DNA from: Carcharhinus longimanus
Taxonomy: Eukaryota
DNA: 64,000 nt
Direction of reading: 5' to 3'
Assembly: GCA_030264375.1 (NCBI GenBank)
Contig: JASCQW010000139.1
Coordinates: 28,598,692-28,662,691, forward strand
Position numbers and translations under genes: made by a program
Part shown: positions 50,395 to 62,560 of the stretch, piece after piece
Layout: every line of letters starts with the position of its first letter
Position numbering within the stretch: position 1 is the first letter of the stretch
The notes under the pieces: model-generated
The model's database searches: none
The model's input: only the letters and a program-made list of their open reading frames with translations
What the model was told of the DNA's origin: nothing

Positions 50395-50520
50395 AGGCAG
50401 GATGAGGTGGCAGGCATCAAGTCTACAGCAGCCAGAAAGGGGATTGAACCCTGTGCTGTTGGAGTTAAGATGATCCAGTCAGCAGTCATCTAGCCAAATG
50501 AGCTAATCAGCCTCCTCCAC
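50395..50520 (-). mobile_element. tRNA-derived SINE head
   Basis: A-box tagctcatttggctaga and B-box gggttcaatcccc; no cloverleaf. Confidence 0.5.
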
Positions 50521-51024
50521 TGTAGCTACATCTGTCAATAAAGGTCGATGCTCAGGTGTTAGTAAGCATAGCAATTACAATTCCATGGTTTCTATATAAT
50601 AAATAATAATTGAAAAATATCACCAAGGTGGTAATGTTGAATTTTCAGAAAACATTGGACACAGTTGGAGCATTTTGTGCAAATCTTGGCATTAATTAAA
50701 TGTAGGATGTGTTTGTCATAGAATAGGTCCAGTAAATGAAACCAAGAGTGAGAGTGAGTGTTGGAATTGGAACACTGTAACAAAGCAAAATCATTATCTG
50801 GGCTCAGTTCTGAATTTTGGATAATTATTCGTACCAAAACAATGTTGGTTGTTATGAAGACAGATGTGAAAATGTGCACTCAGTTGGAAGGTTTGGGAGA
50901 CTTAATGAAGTCTTTCAAAAGGAATGAAAGATTGTGAGAGAGGATAACTTTGAAGAAAGTATTGTGCCAGTGCTTAGGAAATGAAGAGCACTGTGCATAT
51001 TACAAGAGGAATGAACATAGACCT

Positions 51025-51228
51025 TGGGTGGTATTTTCCATCTCTCCGCTTGCCCTAATGTTTGACAGAGACAGCCTGCCCTTGGCTGATGATCGGATCT
51101 TCGAGTCCGGCCAGTGTTGACAGGTTTTCCCGTTGTTCGTGCCCTTTGCTACTGGATGTGACAGGGAGAGCCGATGGGGGGGTTCACCGTTAGTGGGAAG
51201 ATTCTGCTGGCTGGAAAATTTTGACCCA
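51025..51228. mobile_element. Harbinger-like MITE
   Basis: Ends gggtggtattttcca / tggaaaattttgaccc. Confidence 0.6.
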
Positions 51229-51404
51229 TGTGTTTTCCCACATGGTAAAGGGAGCTGGATATCAAGACACAGACTGTAATAATATGTATCATTACTGTTT
51301 CTCTTCCTGCACCCAGTGGTATACAAGGCAGATTTTTTTCCTCTTGTATCTTGCTAGTCTGTTACCAGGGGGTAATAGCTTGAAGGGTGTCACTCTGCAT
51401 TAAG

Positions 51405-51590
51405 CGTGGCTGGCCAGGAGTCTCTTACAGCCCATCATTGCATGTTGGAAGGATTATGCAGGATGATGCTAATCTTGTTTGGTCGTTTTATAAACACACC
51501 TTCCTTGGTCATCAAGTGCTGGGGTGGGATTCGAACCCGGAGCTTCTGGATTAGAGGCAGGGAAAGTACCCATTGCACCACAAGACCTCA
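51405..51590 (-). mobile_element. tRNA-derived SINE (homologous to ~55205-55355, plus strand)
   Basis: B-box gggttcgaatccc; shared ccagaag..gggttc..ttgatg..ccaaacaag/ccaaacagg. Confidence 0.55.
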
Positions 51591-52520
51591 GCAATAGTGT
51601 GCATAGACATTGGCAAATGAAACAAAAAAAGAAGTGGTTCAGGAAACTGTGATAATACTATATCGAAAAACTAGCACCAGACCAGATACAATGGGGAAAA
51701 TGACCTCCTGTGCTGTAAATGCTAGGAAACTGGTGTCTTAAGGTACTATTGCATCTCTCATTAGTCTAGCAACGCATGGTCCTATAACATTAATCATCCA
51801 AGATAGAAAGAAAAGACTAGATGATAGATTATTTTCCCTTGCTACAGTGCTTTAATTCAACACAACAGTCCCCCATGTGACATTTTTTTGACACCCTCTT
51901 GCATTTTCTTACACTGAAGTTATGAAGACACAGCAATTGCAGATGCTATATGCTTTATCTAGCATTGTAATGGATTTATCAAGCTAAAATGTTTTGGCAT
52001 GCTTTATGAAATATGTCAAATTACATATACAACTAGGCAGATCAGTCTGTGGCGAGGGAGCAATTGCACTGATATGAAACGACAGTGATATTGCTCCAGA
52101 TCCGTTTTTATATTTCATATCTCATTTTACTTCAGTGCAAAAGCCCCTCATTGTCCACGGATCTCCCAGCAAGCTGAACATGCTGCATAATCAGCCCTGC
52201 TACCTTCCATCAAGGGTAACTTAGCATGAATGAACACAATGTCCTGTTCCCCCACCCCCACCCCCCCCAAAGCTTGCAGCCTGCATTGAGTGATTTGAAG
52301 GTAGGCTCTCTTCTGTGTCCCTTGAATGCTGGAATTCTTTGGGATTGCTTTGGCATCTGAGAGTAGTTTTATTTTGTTGTGGGCTTACGCTCCATGTCAG
52401 ACATGGTGGGGTAATGGTTGTGTCCCTGGACTTGTAATTCTGAGGAGAGGACTTCAGACCCCATCCCAGCAGCTTGAGAATTCAAATTTTGCTTTAATGA
52501 ATCTTCAAATAAAAAGCTTT

Positions 52521-52830
52521 TATCATAGGATCCTTTCAGTGCAGAAGGGTGCTATTTGGCCCATTGAGCCTGCATTGACAACAATCCCACCCAGGCCCTA
52601 TCTCTGTAACCCCATGTATTTACCATGCTCATCCCCACTGATGCTAAGAGCAATTTAGCACGCCCAATCCACCTAACCCACACATTTTTGGACTCTGGGA
52701 GGAAACCAGAGCACCCAGAGGAAACCCACGCAGACCTGGGGGAACACGCAAACTCCACACAGGCAGTCACCCGGAATTGAACCCAGCTCTTAGGTGCTGT
52801 GAGGCAGCAGCACTATCCACTGTGCCACCC
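52521..52830 (-). mobile_element. HE1 SINE
   Basis: Head, core and HER1-type tail. Confidence 0.9.
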
Positions 52831-53050
52831 CACAGTGACATGAATTTTTTTAAAATGCTCCCAACTGTTTAATTTTGCCCTTATCTTTAAATCTAGTTAT
52901 CCAATTAATGTTAGCCGGTTTTCCCCTAACACCTACACATTGGGGAGGCAATGGCATAGTCGTATAGTCACTGTACCAGTAATCCAGGAACCCAGGGCAA
53001 GATCTAGGAACACAGATTTGAATTATTACTGAATCTTCGATATATATGAA

Positions 53051-53275
53051 ACAGTGGTTAGCACTGCTCCTCACAGCGCCAAGGACCCGGGTTCGATTCC
53101 CAGCTTGTGTTACTATCTGTGTGGAGTTTGCACTTCTCTCCATGTCGATGTGGGTTTCCTCCGGCTGTTCTGATTTCCTCCCACAGTCTGAAAGACGTGC
53201 TGGTTAGGTGCATTGACCCAAACAGGTGCTGAAGTGTGGCAACTAGGGGAATTGCACAGTAACTTCATTGCAGTG
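53051..53275 (+). mobile_element. HE1-like SINE, alternative tail
   Basis: Head/core and tail cacagtaacttcattgcagtg. Confidence 0.9.
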
Positions 53276-54027
53276 ATAAGGTACTTGTGCTGTGAGGCAG
53301 CAGTGCTAACACTGTGCCACCCATGTCATATTATGTGACATAATATATACCATGAGGTGACTCCAGTCCCACATTAATGGGTTGATTTTTTGCGGCCATC
53401 TGAAGTCGTTCAGTTTTATCAAGAACAAGGTACCACCAGTTCAAGAGATAGGCCCACCACCTTTTCAGGGCAATTATGTATAGATAATAAATATCAGTGA
53501 CATCCAGCTTGTGACAATATATTTTCCTGAATCCGTAGGGAGCCAAACTCAAACCTTGTACCATGAATGAATGGAAATCTCACTCCCTCTGACCAGACTA
53601 GCATAGGTCCCAAAGAAGAGATTAAAGTATTCCATCGCATTATCTCTATTCTGGTACTTAAAGTTTGGGAAATCCCAGAAGCAATTATTCACCGATTTAA
53701 ACTTTTAGTAAATTATATGAAGCATGTAAATGTTTAGTTATGACCTCATTATATTAGTCAATAAACATTTAATTAGATTTTCTGGCAATGTTTAACATGT
53801 GTGCAAAAATTGCTAACAGCGTTTTCCAGGTAATTACATTCAAGGAACAGCACATTGAACTGTGTCGGTAAATGTATCAGGACAATAAAAGCCCCCGGAA
53901 GAAGTGAATGCTGGTTCACAATTCCATATTGCTTTTTGAGAACATTTTCTGACATGTCTTAAAATTATAGGATCATAGAGTAACAACGCATGATGAGGCC
54001 ATTCAGCCCATTGTGGCAGATACTGGA

Positions 54028-54350
54028 AGGCATGGTGGCACAGTCGTTAGCACTGCTGCATCACAGCACCAGGGACCCGAGTTCAATTCCAGCCTTGGGT
54101 CACTATCTATGTTAAGTTTGCATGTTCTCCCCATGTCTGTGTGGGTTTCCTACAAATGCTCTGGTTTCCTCCCACAGTCCAAAGATGTGCAGGTTAGGCT
54201 GCTTGGCCATGCTAAATTGCCCCTTAGTGTCAGGGGGATTAGCAAGTTAAGTATGAGGGGTTATGGGAATATGACCTGGGTGGGATTGTGATCGATACAG
54301 ACTCAATGGGGTGAACAGCCTCCTTCTATACTGTAGGGATCCTATGATTC
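54028..54350 (+). mobile_element. HE1 SINE
   Basis: Full-length with HER1-type tail. Confidence 0.9.
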
Positions 54351-55360
54351 TTTGAAAGTGTGGTCCAATTTGTCCCTGTCAGATGTCCTTCCAGCCCTGC
54401 TCTACAAATCTATCATTTAAGTTCATACACAATTATCTTTTGAAAGCTATCATTGAATCTGCTTTCACGTCCTTTCAGACAGTCCATTTCAGACCGCAAC
54501 TTACCAAATAAAAGATTGCCCTTCCAGAGCCTTTTGCCAATTACCTTTGGCAACAATACTTTGTACACTTTGATATTTCACACAGGAGATTCCAGGACCA
54601 AACAGAAATCTCAGCTGACAACATTGTAAAATGTGAGAACAATACAAAACTATCACCAAATCTGGTAGATGAAATTATAATGTTGAACCCACTACCATAA
54701 CACCCATTACTTATAATAACACAGAAGGCATTGCTTTCAATTTTGTGTCCATCTTGACCAGCTGCGGATATGTGAATTGACACGAGCTGTCATCACCTTC
54801 CACCTGATCGATCTGTCACGACATTGATACCAAAGGATTAGTGATTGTGACAACCACTCCAAGTGTAAATGGGAGTCAATAGAGTCAAATCTGCCAGATT
54901 GCAATGGAGCAGTTTCACCGAGATGTCCAGATGATAATTACCAAATTTAGAATAAACCTTCAGCAATTAACATCTATCGCCTCAAGCCCAAGACTAGGTT
55001 ACCTTGAAATCCTTCCTTGTATTTTCAACTACATCTTGCCACTTTATTCGGCTTGTATACCTTTAGCAGCTGTCAAGCTGCCACCAACTGTCAGCATGGT
55101 CATGCTGCGAATCCATGGTGCGGTTCAATAATTGCCGGTCATTATGGAAGTTTGTGAAGCTAATTCCTCTTGCTGCTTCAGTGAGTTAATGTACTATGTA
55201 ATACGGTGCTGTGGAAATGTTATGATGCAGTCCCTACCTCTGGGCCAGAAGGACTGGGTTCAAGGCCCAGTGTAGGAACTGATGGTTACAAAACGTTCAT
55301 GATGTGGCCAAACAGGTTGATCATCAGCACGTAAATCCTTCCAGTATTCCTGATGATAGG

Positions 55361-55545
55361 TAGAAGTCATAGAAGCCCTACAGTATAGAAAGAAGACATT
55401 CGGCCCATCGAGTCTGCACCAACCGCAATCCCACCCAGGCCCTACCACCATATCCCTACATATTTACCCACTAATCCCTCTAACCTACGCATCTCAGGAC
55501 ACTAAGGGGCAATTTTAGCATAGCCAATCATAACCCACACATCTA
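55361..55545 (-). mobile_element. HE1 SINE 3' half
   Basis: Tail tagaagtcatagaagccctacagt..ggcccatcgagtctgcacc. Confidence 0.85.
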
Positions 55546-56931
55546 TGTCATATATTAATATATACTATCCGTTAAGGCTTTACTCTGCACTTGAGAACCC
55601 AGCCAACAGAAGAGAACTGTTGACCAAACGGCTCAAACTTTTAAATGCATTGAGTAGATTGACATCAAATGTTTGCACAACAACAGGGAGCATGGAGGAG
55701 TGTAGCTCCAACTTAGTAGGATCTTTGTGTACAGCATCTGTGTACATTCAACCATGGAGTGAGTGGCCATCTCAATGAATACTGAATTGGAATTTATAAT
55801 GATGGAATCTCTCGTGGCAGTTTGCACATCTTCACTAATAGCTGAGATTGCTGCCATCTTGGCTGAGCCCCAGCAGGTCCTCCATCTTGCAAAACATGAA
55901 AAACAGCATGGATAGGGGCTTTAAGGTTATTTCTTCTGGCACAGAACAGTGAGGGGGCTGAGTTACATGTTCACAATGGTGGCACTGGCTCCAGAAGAAA
56001 AGATATTCTTTCTGTGATGGTTGCAATTGGTTTTTGAGCAACTCAGCAATTGGGAACAAACACCTAATGCTTATGTTAATTGGACAATGGTATTCTGTTT
56101 GCTGAAGCCGTTGTGTGCCAGACTTAAAAGGATGCACATTTTATTGTGAATGATAAAAAAATCTGCTTTGAAAAGATGAAATACAAAGATTAAAAGATAT
56201 TGGCTATCTCATCTTTTTGTATCACATTCCATTGATATTTATAATGAAATCTAATAGGCTTGAAGTTTATTACAAGTGCATCCTTGCTTTTATAAAGAGG
56301 TGCTTTTGATATGAAGATCACATAACACTGTATAAAATGTAAAGTTTACAACAGAAGTCCAGAAGTTTCACAACACAAGTAAGTATTACATAGAGACTTG
56401 AAAATTGGATGGTTCACCTAGATTGATGAACTTGAGTGATGCAGTAAAAATTGGATTTGAGAGCTGTTAGGGAATTGTAAGACCGTGGGGTTTGCATAAA
56501 AGGTGGGAGATGAAAAATGTGAGCAGGTTCCAATGGGAGGCAAGTTGCCCATTTAACATATGCTTATCTCCCAGAACAACATTTAAACTGCTTTTCAAAT
56601 TTGATAGTATATCTGCGAGTTTCCTGGGTTTCTTGAAACTCTCCAGTGAAAGCAAAGCATGAGCACAAGAGTCTTTGCATAAGAACATTATATAATTACA
56701 GGGTGAAAACAAATTCATGGAAGTACTGCGATTAGATGGAACAGACAACACAAAAACAGATCATTCAGCTAAATCTATTCTGGTCTAAATACTCCACTTG
56801 AGCCTCCTGCCATTTATCCTCATTTAACTATATCAGCTGTTGCTCACTTGGTCATAGCTTGCCTCAGAAGGAGAAGGCTGTGGGTTCAAGTAGGACTTAA
56901 ACACCAAGTTAAAGACTGACAGTGAAGTCAG

Positions 56932-57228
56932 TGGGTGGCAAGGCGGCACAATGCCAGGGACCTGGGTTTGATTCCTGGCTTGGGTCACGATCTGTGTGGA
57001 GTTTGCCCCACGTCTGCCAGTGTTTCCTCCCTCAGTAAAAAGATGTGCAGGCTAGGTTGATTGGCCATGCTACATTGACCCTTCATGTCAGGGGATTAGC
57101 AGGTAAATATGTGGCGTTACGGGAATGGGGGCTGGGTGGGATTTTGGTCAGTGCAGACTCGATGGGCCAAATGGCCTCCTTCTGCACTGTAGGGATTCTA
57201 TGATTCTACGATTCTACGATTCTATGAT
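56932..57228 (+). mobile_element. HE1 SINE nested in a DeuSINE-like element (~56850-57625)
   Basis: Tail ends in four ATTCTAYG octamers; the flanks form a DeuSINE-like head and gcttgctgtgtgcaaattggct core. Confidence 0.85.
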
Positions 57229-57914
57229 ACTGAGGAAGTGAAGGAATTGACATTAAATTGAGATACTCGTTCTTGTCAACAGTAGGACTTAAACCTTTCC
57301 CTTTCTGAGGCAAGTGAGATTCTCTGGTCCTCCCGGCAGTGCATCCCCTGCCGTTGGTTTCCTGGAGGCATGGGATGGCTTTAATGGGATTCCCATTGAC
57401 AGGACCAGAGATCTACCAAGAGAAACACAGGGGAGGCCAGAGAATTTTGCTCACTATTTATCCTTTCAAATGGACATATTGTCAAGCGTGGTCTCCTGAG
57501 TAATCAACAGACATCACAAATACAGACTATCTAACGTTGTATCATTGTGAGAGCTTGCTGTGTGCAAATTGGCTATCCATTACCTTCATTACAACAGCGC
57601 CTGCACTTCAAAAGTACTTCTTTGTAAATTTGTAATTTTAATTTCACTTGGTTTTCCATACAGAAATTCAATTTGGGCATATTTATAGTTAAATGTAAAT
57701 GAATAACAAACAAATGAAAAGAAAATCAACCTATCACAGAGATCTAATTTTAATTAAAATGTCTGTTAAAAAGTATTCCATTATATTAAAATAATCAGTG
57801 AGTCCGCCCTGAGTTCATGTCCTCATCCATTATCAAACTGATGTTAAAAGTTAATCTAGAAAAGAGCGTAAACGAATTTAGGAACTGATTTCTCCTGCAT
57901 CTGAAGAATTAAAA

Positions 57915-58120
57915 TAGAACATAGAACATAGGAAAGCTACAGCACAAACAGGCCCTTTGGCCCAAAAATTGCACCGATGATATCCCTACCTACTAGGCTT
58001 ACCTATAACCCTCAATTCTATTAAGTCCCATGTGCTCATCCAGAAGTCTCTTAAAAGACCCTATCGAGTTTGCCTCCATCACTCACCCACCACCCTCTGA
58101 GTGAAAAACTTACCCCTGAT
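57915..58120 (-). mobile_element. CR1 3' end
   Basis: atagaacatagaacatag tail; caccaccctctgagtgaaaaacttacccctga. Confidence 0.8.
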
Positions 58121-58423
58121 TTTGTGCCATGTCGAGGAAGGGATGTATGTTTGTGGAGTGTTGTTTTACTTGGTATCTGATAGTTAGATGTTAAGGTTCA
58201 TATTATATCATAGTTGAATCTTGTATGTGGTAAAAGTTGTGCTAATTTTTCTTGTTACATATTAACTATGTTCTTAAATAAAGTTTGTTTGATAAAGCTC
58301 TCTAGTGGTCACCAGAATCGTACCTGGAGTGAAACATTTTATGCTCACCTATGCCAAAATCAAATGTAAAACTTAGAGTCTAGGCTAACTTTGCAAAACA
58401 CCTCAGAGTTTCTGGCCTGAGTA

Positions 58424-58659
58424 AATAATGACTTTAATCAAGGCCATTGAAGTTGGCTTATTGGAGTATGAACTCTCTAATTAAGGATCCAATTGATAGG
58501 CCAATCAGGGAGTCTTTGCCTTGTACTTAACTGGGAGTGTCAGTCCCTCTGACATCTCTGGAGATAGACTGCTAACTGATAGCACTCTGTGTATTGCTGT
58601 TAGAGTTGTAAATAAAGAGATTTTGGTGAAGGGACTTCTGCCTCCAAAGACTTATTACA
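58424..58659 (+). mobile_element. Solo-LTR-like element
   Basis: CCAAT boxes, AATAAA at 58611 and a TTACA end (the family starts TGTAA at 1774). Confidence 0.7.
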
Positions 58660-58680
58660 GTAATAGCAAGGGTTACAGGA

Positions 58681-58860
58681 TGGCATGGTGGCACAGTGGT
58701 TAGCACTGTTGCCTCACAGTGCCAAGGACCCTGGATTAATTCCAGCTTTGGATGGCTATCTGTGTGGGGTTTGCATGTTCTCCTGAGTCTGTGTGGTTTC
58801 CTCCCTCACTCCAAACAAGGACAGGTTAGGTGGATTGGCCATACTAAATTACCCTTTAGT
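58681..58860 (+). mobile_element. HE1 SINE head/core, tail missing
   Basis: ggcatggtggcacagtggttagcac..ggttaggtggattggccatactaaatt. Confidence 0.85.
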
Positions 58861-58871
58861 TTTCCATTCCC

Positions 58872-58914
58872 GCCCCCTGCCCCCTGCCCCCTGCCCCCTG
58901 CCCCCTGCCCCCTC
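58872..58914. repeat. (CCCCCTG)n heptamer repeat, ~6 units
   Basis: Directly visible. Confidence 0.9.
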
Positions 58915-61359
58915 TCTCTCCATATCCTGAAGTTTTAATTGGAGAAGGCTGAGGGGACACGGGGACCATGGCCCCATAACACTGCCTGGAACAAACTATT
59001 GAGGTCACACTGAAGAATCCATTGGTGTTTGTGGTGTTGGAATTGAATGGATTTTAAGCTTGTACTTGGCAACATTTCACTGTCTATCTGACAAAGTGAA
59101 AAATATCAACCATTCCTGTACCCCTGATATCATTTTCATTTTGTACACTGCAGATTATAATAAGTAGTGAACAAATTACAAGTGCATATGAAACAGAAAA
59201 AAAATTGAAAAAAAATCAAGATTTGTTTGTTTTGTTTCTTATAACACACTGTTGATAAGCAATTGTTGCAGCCAAGTTTTTTGAAGATAACTGATAATTT
59301 GGACAGAAAAAAATATATTAACATGACCACAAAATGTTTTAAAACTCATGATAGATCAGGTTTAGTTTGAAGCCCCTCAGAAAGCTACATAATATTTCCT
59401 TTCTACTGGTACTATAATCAGAAATATAATAACATATCAATATTTAATTAAGTAGTTAATGATTTATATAAATTTATAATCTCATGATTATAATCTCTGT
59501 ATTAGGGCTTTCTATGAGAGCTCCATTAAATTGTTGGTAGATTATTTTTTTCATCTTCACATGGCTCCTGCGATCTGTCCCTGTTGCATGTTGAATTAGT
59601 TAGACGAGCCTTTATTGCCCATCTCTAATTGCACTTGAGAAGGTGATGGTGAGCTCGAACTGTTACACTCCATGTGCTGTGGGAACACCCACAGTAGTGT
59701 TGTGCTGTTTATATGCAGTTTAACCATTAACTTAAACCGTATCTATTTACATGATACTGTAAATAGTGAAAGCCAGCTGTGGAAGGTAGATATTTGATGG
59801 GCCTCAGACCTATTACCTTTGGATTAGCAAAGTGCTATTGTTCTCTAACTAGGTGAAGATCTCCACCTTTTTTCTATTATTTAATCCAAATTAAGCATCA
59901 CCTGAATTTTCACTTCTGACTCTGTAAACGGATTTATTTCCCTTTCTGTACAGCCTTATGTGGTTGCAGGTTATGCTCTTCCACAATCTATTTGACTGTC
60001 CAGCCAAAATTTAATTGCATTTTGATGAGAGAGAAATTGATGTTGTAGCTTCGAGTCCGATATGACTCTCCTTTCGAACAGTATTATTTATTATCTCACC
60101 CATCACAATCCAACATTAATAACCTTTTCTCATCACATGGTGTATGCCTGGTGTCATAAGAAAGGACTTAGTTTCAGCTCAAAACCATTTCAGCTCTTCA
60201 GCTAAAATGGAAAATGATTTTTAGTCAGCACTCTCACACTGTGGAAGTGGAGGATTTCGTACCAAAGAGATGCGTTGACAGATAAGTTACTTTGCTTATA
60301 ACAATAATGAGAGGATTTATTTTTCTTGTTTCTGGTTCAACAGAAGCAAGGAAAACTTTTTTTTAGCTGACTTTCAAAATGAAGAGGCTGTAGAATTAGT
60401 GCTAATGATCTGAGAATTGTTTTGCTTTTGTGGTCCAGTACTGTTCACTCTCAGCCTTTATATTTTTGCTCATTTTGCAGTACAAAGAAACAGAGGGAAC
60501 TTTACAAACTTATTGGTAAAGAGTGAAAGATCTAGGTTGAGACTTGCCTAACAGTTTCCTTTGGCAGGATTTAATCCAGATGAAAAATAAAGACACCTGC
60601 TCAAGAAAGCAAATGTGCTGACTTTGATATTCCAGTTCCGTTTTAAACCTAGCCGCACAAGGCTCCATTTCAGTAACGTGCAGTCAAACTGCAAATTTTA
60701 ATTTTTGCACAAAGTGGGCTAACTGAATCTCCTCAATGATCGAACCTGTCACCTTCCCTGGTCTGGCTAGTGTGCACCTCCAGGCAATAAATGTATACTG
60801 TTGCTCACAACCCACAAAAAATAAAGAAGTACACTGCGGAAATTCAGTCACTTGATGGTTACCTGGCTACGGAAGTCTGTTACTGTGAGAGATTCTCTTC
60901 AGCAGTCTTCATAAAAATGTGAGGGGGGGTTGGTTGGTGGACAAAAAAGACACAGTTGCTGGGTTTTTGAAACAAACAAGAAAGATTTTTGCACCTCGTA
61001 GCCATGGTGACAACAGTTTGGTCAACTTGGTGAACGTAACAGGAGTGCTTGATTTGCCTCATTCCCATTAACCAGCCTCTGAGGAAAGAAAATGAGAACA
61101 ACTCACCAATGGAACACCAACGTTTAACAATTCCTCTGATTACTGTTGTCAACTTATCACCACTTGATGTTGTTTAGTGGCCAGAGGGCCCTGCAGCCAG
61201 GAGCAAGCGAGGCTACAAATCTCATTGACCCAAAGTTAGCCAAGAGACCACACTGATAGATGTAGCCAAAGGCACCTGAGTTGCTCTTCTCAAACCCTTT
61301 CCTTCCTTCATGTATTTAGTGTGCCTACTATTAGCTGTTAAATATCAGCATTTAATATT

Positions 61360-61655
61360 CTCAGGGTAGAAATGTCAATTACTGGAGGACACAGGTTTAA
61401 GATACAAAGGGGAAAGTTTAAAGTGATGTGAGAATCAGGGATTTTACACAGAGGGTAGTAAGTGCCTGGAATGCACTGCCAGTGGAATACAATAGCAACG
61501 TTTAAGAGGCATCATGACAGATACACGAATAGTGAGGAAATAGAGGGATATGGACCACATAGAGGCAAAAGGTCTTTAGGTTTGAAAGGCATCATATGTC
61601 GGCGCAGGCTTGGTCGGCTGAAGAGCTTGTTCCTGTGCCTTACTGTTCTTTGTTC
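61360..61655 (+). mobile_element. HER1-type CR1 3' end
   Basis: ggacacaggtttaag..ttttacacagagggtagtaagtgcctggaatgcactgcca..tgttcctgtgcct tail. Confidence 0.85.
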
Positions 61656-62014
61656 TAAAATGCTACTGACCAGGTTAAAATGCAAAATGTGATCTGGAAA
61701 CACAGACCATGTCGTTGTGGATCACATGTTTTCAGAGGTGCATCTTCAATAGCTTTCCTGTAGTCTTTGATGCAATTGGCAAAAGTAAGATTAATATATA
61801 ATGATGATGATTATTCCTCAGGTTGCATTAATATTTAGGCAGAAGTGCAGCCTTTCAACTTGGAGGGATAATACAAGTCTTAAAAAATTGATCTGTAAAT
61901 TAAGAACAGTGCAAACTCGCTGTGAGTTTTCTTGTCCGGTGTAATGTTGACAATATAACCCAATATGTTATTAGGATGAAAACATTCCAGCAGACCAATT
62001 AGAATTCAATTGTA

Positions 62015-62560
62015 TAAAAGCAAAATACCGCAAATGCTGGAAATCTAAACTAAAAGGTGAGGTTCTCCAGCCTCCCAGCTGCATGTTTCCCGGTGGCAGG
62101 TGGTGGCTGGCTGTTTGCTAGCAGCGGATTCTCCAGTCCTGCTGCTGTGAATGGGATTTCCCATGTCACCCCATGCCATCATGAAAGCCATGGCAGGGAC
62201 CAAAGAATCCTACTAGTGTGAACAGTAGAAGAATTCCAGCCACAATATAGGAAATCCTGGAAAAACTCAGCATCTGTGGAGAGAGAAACAGAGTTAATAT
62301 TTTGAGCCTGTATGATTGTGCGCACTGAGGAAGAGTCATGTGGGAGGGAATTTTCTCGTCCTACCGGCCGTGGGAATTGTAGCAGGCCATTGATGGACCG
62401 TGCAGAGGTCCATTGACCTTGGGTGGAAATTTCCAGTCTGGGGGCAGCACGGCTGAAAAATCCTGCCCCTGGTTTCAAAACATTAACTCTCCTCCCTACA
62501 TACTTGCTGCCAAACCTTCTGAATTTTTTCAGCATTTCCAGTTTTTAGTTTAGAATTCAG
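62015..62560. mobile_element. Palindromic Penelope-type terminal-repeat element with two nested MITEs
   Basis: The left arm (aaaagcaaaataccgcaaatgctggaaatc..cagcatctgtggagagagaaacagagttaa) is inverted relative to the right arm; MITEs at ~62056-62241 and 62342-62469. Confidence 0.65.

Noticed and set aside
50395-51590. tRNA-like A/B boxes
   Set aside because: No cloverleaf or acceptor stem; these are SINE heads.
54545-54614. 70-nt minus-strand candidate exon (LRFLFGPGISCVKYQSVQSIVAK) phase-compatible with 907-1136
   Set aside because: Good donor but modest acceptor; the joined peptide is not recognisable, and chance occurrence is likely in 64 kb.
3065-58938. Many similar short ORFs (MVSTAASQ.., GHCLCGVCTFSPCL..)
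   Set aside because: Translations of HE1 SINE copies, not a gene family.
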